47,767 bases of DNA from Nanobdellati archaeon (lineage in GTDB: Archaea; B1Sed10-29; WALL01). The DNA lies in the NCBI GenBank assembly GCA_015522845.1, contig WALL01000019.1:1-47767 (forward strand), written 5' to 3'. A program made the position numbers and the translations under genes. Position 1 is the stretch's first letter, and the number at the start of each line of letters is the position of its first letter. The notes beneath the pieces were generated by a model. That model saw only the letters and a list, made by a program, of their open reading frames with translations, ran no database searches and was not told where the DNA came from. Shown here in pieces: positions 34,851 through 41,262 of this stretch.

Positions 34851-35752
34851 TACCAAAAAGCATTATTAAAGCGCTGGTGGGGAGTGGCAAAAGCCGTGTC
34901 CTTATCCAGCTCCCCGAAGGGCTAAAGGCAAAATCGCTTGAAATTGCCGATGAGCTGCGCGAAAACGGGCTCGAGCCGGTCGTTTCCGGTGATGTATGTT
35001 TTGGCGCATGTGACCTTAAGTTCTTAAAAGGGGCAACTACCCTGCACATTGGCCACTCAAAAATGGTTGATGCCAGTAACGTTATCTACTGGGAATACCC
35101 CTACAGCCAAAGCCTTGCCCCTGCGGCAGAAAAGGCGCTGCCCCTCTTGGGCAGGCGGGTTGGCCTCTTCACAACTGTCCAGCACCTCGGGAAAATCAGG
35201 GAAGCAAGGGAATTCCTTGAGTCCCATGGGAAGGAAGTGCTTACAGCAGCGGGGAGGGCAACAAGGGAATACCAGCTCCTTGGCTGTGATGCGGCGGGCG
35301 CCATTTCCCTAAAGGGGAAAGTTGACAGCTTCTTGTATATAGGGGGCGGGCGCTTCCACCCACTTGCCATCGCTTACTATACAAACGAGCCGGTGGTTGC
35401 GGCAGACCCCTTCTCCCTAAAGGTGGAAACGATACCCCCAGGCAAGCTTCAGAAGGAAAAGGCACTCCGCCAGACAAAAGCTATGGGTGCGCAGGGCTTT
35501 GGCATTGTCGTCTCGACGAAGCCCGGGCAGGAAAATTGGGGGCTTGCAGGCAAGCTAAAGGGGAAGCTTGAGGCTGCGGGGAAAAGGGCCCTGCTTATCT
35601 ATATGGAGAACATAACCCCAGATTTGCTTTTGCCCTATGCGGTTGATGCATTCATCATAACCGCCTGCCCGCGGATTGTCATTGATGACTGGAAGAATTA
35701 CAAGAGGCCGGTGCTGCTGCCAGACGAGGCTAGCTTTCTCCTAAAGCCATAA
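34847..35752 (+). CDS. dph2: Diphthamide synthase Dph2 (2-(3-amino-3-carboxypropyl)histidine synthase)
   Basis: ATG 34847 (ATGA overlap with the L10e stop) gives MIPKSIIKAL..VLIQLPEGLK. GACD and GGGRFHP motifs. Confidence 0.8.
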   Translation: MIPKSIIKALVGSGKSRVLIQLPEGLKAKSLEIADELRENGLEPVVSGDVCFGACDLKFLKGATTLHIGHSKMVDASNVIYWEYPYSQSLAPAAEKALPLLGRRVGLFTTVQHLGKIREAREFLESHGKEVLTAAGRATREYQLLGCDAAGAISLKGKVDSFLYIGGGRFHPLAIAYYTNEPVVAADPFSLKVETIPPGKLQKEKALRQTKAMGAQGFGIVVSTKPGQENWGLAGKLKGKLEAAGKRALLIYMENITPDLLLPYAVDAFIITACPRIVIDDWKNYKRPVLLPDEASFLLKP

Positions 35753-36635
35753 GCGCAATGGCTGCCAGCAGGGCAGCGCCGGATACAATTTGGACTGCAT
35801 CCAGCGTGAAGCCAAGCACAGCCCAGTTAACTGCAACAGCTGCAACCGGATACGCCATCTCAGCAAAAGTTGCAACCTTGGCCTTTGTTGTTGAAAGCCC
35901 CTTATAATAAAGCATTAGGGGGATAACCCCCCCGGTAAAAAGTGCCATCAGCGAAAGCGGGACTATGTTCCAAAAAGCCAGCTGCATAAACTGCGCTGAT
36001 GGCCCAATTATCAGGAGCAAAGCTGCAGATGTGGCCAGCCCAACCCAATAGCGCAATGCAGTAAGGACTGGGAATTCAAATGAGCGGGTAAGTGCCCTGC
36101 CAAATACCGTAGAGCTGCCCCAAAAGAGGGCGGCTAGCAGCGCATATGCGGTAGCCCTAATCCCCGCAGAAGTCAGGCTTACTGCACCGCCCGGGAATGC
36201 AATGAAGAATGATGAGGCAAGGGCAATTGCTGCAAGCAATGCAAACCTCTTGGTAACCCTTTCCCCAAGCAGCCAAGCCGCAAGGATGACTGCAATTATT
36301 GGCTGTGTCTTCTGCAGCAGTATGGCGACGCTTGGGTTCCCGTATTTGAACGCCTCTGTGAAGAAAAACAAGCCGAGGGCAGAGCCGCCAGCACCAATCC
36401 CAATCAGGTAAAGCCCGCCCCTTAGGCCTATACCTACAGCCTTCTTCCAGTTGCGTAAAAGCACTGGCAGGAATGCAAGCGCCCCTATTGCATGCTCTGC
36501 GAGCACCATCTCCACAACCGGCATATGGCCCGTAAGCGGCTTCCGGAAGATGGTGTCAAGCGAGCGCATTGAGACGGCTGCCGCAATCTGCACCGGGCCC
36601 TTCAGCTTAGCTGGCCCTGCCCCCTTGCTTTCCAC
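35730..36635 (-). CDS. EamA/DMT-superfamily transporter (10 TM)
   Basis: 301-aa hydrophobic ORF with two EamA-like five-helix halves. Confidence 0.65.
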   Translation of the reverse strand: MESKGAGPAKLKGPVQIAAAVSMRSLDTIFRKPLTGHMPVVEMVLAEHAIGALAFLPVLLRNWKKAVGIGLRGGLYLIGIGAGGSALGLFFFTEAFKYGNPSVAILLQKTQPIIAVILAAWLLGERVTKRFALLAAIALASSFFIAFPGGAVSLTSAGIRATAYALLAALFWGSSTVFGRALTRSFEFPVLTALRYWVGLATSAALLLIIGPSAQFMQLAFWNIVPLSLMALFTGGVIPLMLYYKGLSTTKAKVATFAEMAYPVAAVAVNWAVLGFTLDAVQIVSGAALLAAIALMALGES

Positions 36636-36660
36636 AATGGCTAATTAGCACAGCAAAGCT

Positions 36661-37089
36661 TTAAGGGTTTCCCCCTGTGCCTGCATGCTTGCCTTCAAGG
36701 TAAATGATGCTCTTGTCGCCTGCTTCCTGAAGGCCTTTTTTGATGGCTGGCAGCGCACCCTTCAAAAGGGCAACTGTTTGCGCTATGCCCCTTTCCCGCG
36801 AGATAACCGGCACAAACTTTTTCCGTATCCTAACGATATTTGGCCCCATAGCGAAGCCCACTAGAACAGGAATGCCCGCAAAAAGCTCTGAAACTTCTTT
36901 TGCCTTTTCGGGGTCGCCGTGGGTTTCTTCCTCTTTTGTTGTGTTGGCAATTTCCCCTAAATAGCCTACAGCCTGCTTGCTGAAGTCCAGCGAGTATATT
37001 AGGTAGCGCTTTGCAGAGCCAAAATGCTCAGTAGTAAGGGTTTTCCCATCATCAGTCGCAATTGCGGCTTTAACTTTGTTTTCAGTCAT
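36661..37089 (-). CDS. NifX/NifB-type (dinitrogenase FeMo-cofactor-binding domain) small protein
   Basis: ATG 37089 (ATGA overlap with the upstream gene's stop) gives MTENKVKAAIATDDGKTLTTEHFGSAKRYLIY.., the Nitro_FeMo-Co family pattern. The longer track ORF start overlaps the transporter. Confidence 0.65.
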   Translation of the reverse strand: MTENKVKAAIATDDGKTLTTEHFGSAKRYLIYSLDFSKQAVGYLGEIANTTKEEETHGDPEKAKEVSELFAGIPVLVGFAMGPNIVRIRKKFVPVISRERGIAQTVALLKGALPAIKKGLQEAGDKSIIYLEGKHAGTGGNP

Positions 37090-38114
37090 TTGGACCCCCT
37101 CTTTCTTATGTAGCCTATTAAGACGTATCCCCATAATAAAAACAGCAGCACATAAAGCAGCTGGCAAAATGCCCCCATTGCCCAGACGCTACCAATAAGC
37201 GGATGGATGTTTGCTGCTGCCATTGTAAATGCGCCAAGCGGAAATACAAGGGCCCACCATAATTCAGAGAAAGGAATAGCACTATGTTCCCTTGCTACAC
37301 GCAGGTATAGCAAGGGCAAGCTAAGCAAGACCCATAGCCCGTAGCCAAATATAATGATAGAATACAGCTTAGCTATGCTGCTGAACAATGGCATAACGCC
37401 AATAGCATCTGAAGCTGAGAGCAACCTAGATGTTGAGAGGACTGCTAGGATGGAAACGCCAACAGGCGCAAGCACTATATTAAAAGTTGGCACCACCGCT
37501 GCATTTTCAATTAAGAAGAACTTGCTCCTGAAATATACCAATGCTAAAGTGAGCCCATATAGCACAAACGCAGGCCCGAGCAAAAGCAAGTTTAGCAGGC
37601 CAATCCCCGTAGGCATAAGCCCAAACCGGGACGCTAGCAAAGAGCCCGCAGTAACTAGCACAAATAGCCCAACTGGCGGCAAGAACCACGTGCCCAGCAC
37701 CTGCTCAACTTTTGACCTAAACTTAAGGTTCACTGGTATGATCACTACAAAAGCCAGCGAAAATACCAAGCTAACTGCCCAAAACGCTGCACTTATGGCA
37801 AAATCACACTGCCTGCAGCCGGGAATGCCTATTGCTGTTGCCATTATTGAGATAAGGGCAGATGCAATTGGCATTGCAGAATAAAGGTTAGCCTTTGTGG
37901 GGTTGTGAAGCCCTTTGACAAATTCCCCCCATGCAGCAATATGCAGGATAAACTTAGCGAAATGCACTAAGAAAACTAGGATTACTGACAGCTCCAGCAG
38001 GTATGCAAAAGCATTCCCTAGCGCCCCCCCAACTATCTGCTTTGATGCAAGCGCCAAGGCGGATGTGCCCATCAAGGCAACAAATGCAACTAAATTAATG
38101 CCCTTATCTCCCAT
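37086..38114 (-). CDS. TDT-family (TehA/Mae1/SLAC1-like) anion transporter
   Basis: 342-aa ORF with about 10 TM helices. Length and the HNPTKANLYSAMPIA segment fit the tellurite-resistance/dicarboxylate transporter family. Tentative. Confidence 0.55.
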   Translation of the reverse strand: MGDKGINLVAFVALMGTSALALASKQIVGGALGNAFAYLLELSVILVFLVHFAKFILHIAAWGEFVKGLHNPTKANLYSAMPIASALISIMATAIGIPGCRQCDFAISAAFWAVSLVFSLAFVVIIPVNLKFRSKVEQVLGTWFLPPVGLFVLVTAGSLLASRFGLMPTGIGLLNLLLLGPAFVLYGLTLALVYFRSKFFLIENAAVVPTFNIVLAPVGVSILAVLSTSRLLSASDAIGVMPLFSSIAKLYSIIIFGYGLWVLLSLPLLYLRVAREHSAIPFSELWWALVFPLGAFTMAAANIHPLIGSVWAMGAFCQLLYVLLFLLWGYVLIGYIRKRGSK

Positions 38115-38167
38115 AACACCACCCCTTGTTTAGTTCTGAATTAGTATTTAAAACATATGGGAAGTAA

Positions 38168-38175
38168 TATTTAAA
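38168..38175 (+). promoter_or_regulatory. TATA box TATTTAAA for gene 38198
   Basis: Box centre is about 26-27 nt upstream of GTG 38198. A second identical octamer (38145-38152) lies nearer the divergent transporter gene. Confidence 0.45.
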
Positions 38176-38197
38176 GGGCTAAGCCATCTTTAAGGGC

Positions 38198-38674
38198 GTG
38201 AAGAAGGAGCTCATAGCTATTGTGGCAGCCACGCTAATGGCTGCAGCTGGAATTGGCCAGCTGGACCACTACGTAAGCCCCTGGCTCAATCCTGTTGTGC
38301 TGCCAGGCGAGCTTGCTGCGGCAAAATGGGCACGCTCCACCCCCCGCAGCTCGCTGTTCCTTGCTGGCATCTTTGGCGGGGAGCTTGTGATGGGCATCGC
38401 AGCAAGGCCTTCGCTGATCGGAGGCGACTGGGCTGCCAACAAGAATTCCCCACGGCAGATGGGTGACATGCAGGAGTTTTACCTGACCCCCTCGCCGGAT
38501 GTGGCAAAGCATATATGGGAAAAGTACAATGCAAGCTACGCTTGGTTCCCATCCCGAGAGGTTTATGCGGGATACGGCTTCATCCAGCCAAACGAAAAGA
38601 AGATGAGCAGCAGCTATTTTGAAATCGCATACAGCAACAGCGAGGTGAGGATATACAAGCTAAGGGGCAGCTAG
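38198..38674 (+). CDS. TM-anchored protein resembling the C-terminal (post-last-TM) module of STT3/AglB-type glycosyltransferases, WWDYG motif degenerate
   Basis: 158-aa ORF, GTG start. One TM (LIAIVAATLMAAAGIG), then ..AAAKWARSTPRSSLFLAGIFGGELVMGIAARPSLIGGDWA..FYLTPSPDVAKHIWEKYNASYAWF..EIAYSNSEVRIYKL. This parallels the AglB layout: W..nTP..(WWDYG)...R....D.....f....e.a..i....v.Y..., ending ..v.IYk. Recognition is from memory only. Confidence 0.45.
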   Translation: MKKELIAIVAATLMAAAGIGQLDHYVSPWLNPVVLPGELAAAKWARSTPRSSLFLAGIFGGELVMGIAARPSLIGGDWAANKNSPRQMGDMQEFYLTPSPDVAKHIWEKYNASYAWFPSREVYAGYGFIQPNEKKMSSSYFEIAYSNSEVRIYKLRGS

Positions 38675-38688
38675 CGCTTGCTGCCATC

Positions 38689-39618
38689 GTGCTGCTCGGG
38701 GCGGCTTACCGCTTAAAGTCGCTTGCATCCTTTGTGCACCCTACCTACGGGAACACAATGTACCACACCGGCATGGTGCGGCTGATTGTGGAGACGGGAA
38801 TGCTGCCAATACGTGACTTGTCCTACGGGGGCTTTACAAAGAGCTTTTACGCCCCTGCTTACCGGCTGTTTGTGGCATCACTCTCGCTGCTGTCGAACAC
38901 CGATCCCGTTGTGGCCGCATCGCTGTTTGTAATTGCAATGGGGGTTGTGGCAACGCTTGCCGCCTACCTGCTTGGAAAAGAGCTTGGGGGAAGCACCGCC
39001 GGGCTTGCGAGCGCATTCCTCTTTGTGCTATCGCCAGAAGTGGCAATTTACACAATGCGTGCCTTTCCGGAAGTGCTAGGCATACCCCTGTTCCTCCTAG
39101 CCCTTTACTTCCTGCACAGGCAGAACAGGGGAATGGCAATCCTCACAGCTGTGCTCACGGCGCTAACCCACCAAACAACCGCCGTCGTGCTAGGCGCAGT
39201 GCTCCTTACATACGCTGCTGCAAAGAGGGACAAGACCGCAGCATTATCGCTTATCGCCGCAGCTGCAGCCTATGCCTCCTGGCAGCTTTATGCGCTTGGC
39301 AGCCTTGACATACTGTCCATGCGCCAGATTGCCCTTCGGGAAAGCGGTGCTGTTAGTGCTGCAAGCATTGGGAGGGTAGGTGCTTGGGCGCTCCTGTTCG
39401 CGCCTTTTGGGCTTGTCCAGGCAATTAGCAGGTGGAAGGATAGCTTGCTGCTGCTAAGCTTTATAGGCGCTGCACTCCTCCTCACAAAGAATGAGATGCT
39501 AGGCATAGGCATATTCACAAGCCGCTTCTTCACATTCCTTGCGCTTTCGCTGGTGTTTGCCGGCGGGGCTGGGATAAAGATGGTTTGGGAAAAGCTGGAG
39601 GGGGCCAAATGGAAATAA
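38689..39618 (+). CDS. GT-C-fold glycosyltransferase-like polytopic membrane protein (STT3/AglB- or PMT/ArnT-like N-terminal module). Coordinates are the minimal canonical-start ORF; a probable TM1 is encoded upstream.
   Basis: 309-aa ORF with about 9 TM helices. The first loop NTMYHTGMVRLIVETGMLPIRDLSYGGF..YAPAYRLFVA parallels the STT3 D.YYH.R.....G..P..D...yP.G...pPl pattern, with N in place of the acidic residue. The frame is open from 38623 and encodes ..QLALAAIVLLGAAYRL before GTG 38689 (see finding). Confidence 0.55.
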   Translation: MLLGAAYRLKSLASFVHPTYGNTMYHTGMVRLIVETGMLPIRDLSYGGFTKSFYAPAYRLFVASLSLLSNTDPVVAASLFVIAMGVVATLAAYLLGKELGGSTAGLASAFLFVLSPEVAIYTMRAFPEVLGIPLFLLALYFLHRQNRGMAILTAVLTALTHQTTAVVLGAVLLTYAAAKRDKTAALSLIAAAAAYASWQLYALGSLDILSMRQIALRESGAVSAASIGRVGAWALLFAPFGLVQAISRWKDSLLLLSFIGAALLLTKNEMLGIGIFTSRFFTFLALSLVFAGGAGIKMVWEKLEGAKWK

Positions 39619-39839
39619 CAGCGGCAAATGCGCTCCTGTTCATTGCAGCATTCATTGCCCTATTCTTTATCCCGGGGCACCTCTTCCTCAAGCGCCGCCC
39701 CATTGAGGAGAAATTCGCCGCAAGCGCTGCAATCGTGCTGGCTGGCACGCTGGTGCTCTCAAAAACCATGGGCTTAAGCGCACTTACGCTAAGCGCATTC
39801 ATCATTGCCTTAGCTTTCCTTTCTGCCATTCTAAGATAA
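39609..39839 (+). CDS. Small membrane protein (about 76 aa, 2-3 TM), possible third piece of the GT-C locus
   Basis: ATG 39609 is preceded by GGAGGGGG. MEITAANALLFIAAFIALFFIPGHLFL.. Overlaps the preceding gene by 10 nt and the convergent GTPase gene by 38 nt. Confidence 0.45.
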   Translation: MEITAANALLFIAAFIALFFIPGHLFLKRRPIEEKFAASAAIVLAGTLVLSKTMGLSALTLSAFIIALAFLSAILR

Positions 39840-40518
39840 GGTGCCTTGCGGCACGGTCCAGGTCAAGCTCCGCACCCTTCTTAAGCATCATCCATTTCCC
39901 TGCCAGCTCCTTAAGCTGCTCATAAGGGTCGGCATAGCCCTCAACGCCGTAAGCGCGCTTAAGAGGGGCAGTTCCTATCTTCTCTATAAGCTTTGCTGCC
40001 GTGCCAATTGGGTCCTTCAGTTTTGTTATGTCGTAGGCGCCTTTAATTGCAAGCTTTGCTTCCCCCTCATGGCGTGGTATGGCCCCTGGCGAGTCAAATA
40101 GCATTACCTTGCTAGTGAGCCTTAGCCACTGCTTCCCCCGGGTAAAGCCAGCCTTGCTTGACGCATTTGCCCTCCCCCCAAGGGCATTTATGATGCTGCT
40201 TTTGCCGGTGTTGGCATATCCAATCAGGCCAACCTTCACTTTCTCCTGGCCATGCGACAGCGCTCCTATGAGCTCACGGAACTTGCGCGTCCCTTTCCTT
40301 TCCTTTGCGCTCATAAGCACAACATTGCCGTGCGGGATTTTCTTTGGGTGGGCAAGGTCTGCCTTGTTAACCACCAGTACCAGCTTCTTTCCCTTCCTGC
40401 GGACAAGGCTTTCAATCTTCCTCGAGCGCGTCCCCTCTATGTCTCTAGCATCAACCACTTCAGCTATTATGTCACACTCATTTATGACCTCGAGGGCATG
40501 CCTCCCAATTGCATCCAA
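39802..40518 (-). CDS. Circularly permuted GTPase (YlqF/RbgA-YawG class, ribosome biogenesis)
   Basis: 238-aa ORF. G4 VVNKADL precedes G1 GYANTGKSSIIN and G3 DSPG, which is the cpGTPase order. Confidence 0.8.
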   Translation of the reverse strand: MDAIGRHALEVINECDIIAEVVDARDIEGTRSRKIESLVRRKGKKLVLVVNKADLAHPKKIPHGNVVLMSAKERKGTRKFRELIGALSHGQEKVKVGLIGYANTGKSSIINALGGRANASSKAGFTRGKQWLRLTSKVMLFDSPGAIPRHEGEAKLAIKGAYDITKLKDPIGTAAKLIEKIGTAPLKRAYGVEGYADPYEQLKELAGKWMMLKKGAELDLDRAARHLILEWQKGKLRQ

Positions 40519-41262
40519 CTAAAGCACCCCCATGAGCGGCTGGAATACAGGACAAGGCATCTTCTCGGTGGGGATTTTTGTGCTGCCTGTTACAAGTGCA
40601 GGATACCCCTTCATAAGCTCCTTGGCATCTCCGCTAACATAATTGATTGGGTGGCCAATGCTCCAGCTTTCCAAGAGCGGGCTCCTTTCGCCAAGCACAT
40701 CAAGGGTGCAGCCGCGCTTCATCATCATCCACCCTGCACGCTCTGCGTTCTTGCCATCGTTCAAAAGAAGGACACGCCCGGCAGTGCCCAGCGGAAGCCC
40801 GCCCGAGCCGGGGGACTTCTCTGTAAATACGTATGCCACGTCCTCAAACACCTCAATGAATATCTCTTGGCTCGGGCTGGAAAGGTTAACCTTGTTCCCT
40901 TTTGCCTTTACTATTTCAGAGCCAACTTCCACTGCTATCTCTTGGCTGGTCATTGGAAACTTCTTATACGGGCGGTTCACCCTAAGCGCAAATGTCCCCG
41001 GCTTTACCAGTGGAATTGCTGCGCGAGCCATTGCTTCGACTGTTGGCTCAACAGCTTGTGCCTTTGAAAAGGATACTATGCCAAAGATTTTCCCAAGCAG
41101 CTGTCTGCCATCACAGTCGACAAGCACGCGGCCGCGCCGGCGGCTTATCCTTGCATGCGGCATTGCTGCTAGGATATTGGAGACAAGTTGGCCCTCAAAC
41201 CGCTTCCTAACATTCTCTGATTTTAAGAACAGCTCCCCATAGCGGACAATGTAAAGCGTCAT
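40519..41262 (-). CDS. ThiI-like THUMP-domain protein with degenerate, truncated PP-loop domain
   Basis: 247-aa ORF. ThiI-type N-terminus MTLYIVRYGELFLKSENVRKRF, then a THUMP region. GGLPLGTAGRVLLLNDGKNAERAGWMMMKRGC aligns to the ThiI pattern G.P.G..g.vl.LlSGGiDS.Va...m.+RG, but SGGxDS is replaced by NDGKNA. It ends soon after ALVTGS. Confidence 0.6.
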   Translation of the reverse strand: MTLYIVRYGELFLKSENVRKRFEGQLVSNILAAMPHARISRRRGRVLVDCDGRQLLGKIFGIVSFSKAQAVEPTVEAMARAAIPLVKPGTFALRVNRPYKKFPMTSQEIAVEVGSEIVKAKGNKVNLSSPSQEIFIEVFEDVAYVFTEKSPGSGGLPLGTAGRVLLLNDGKNAERAGWMMMKRGCTLDVLGERSPLLESWSIGHPINYVSGDAKELMKGYPALVTGSTKIPTEKMPCPVFQPLMGVL

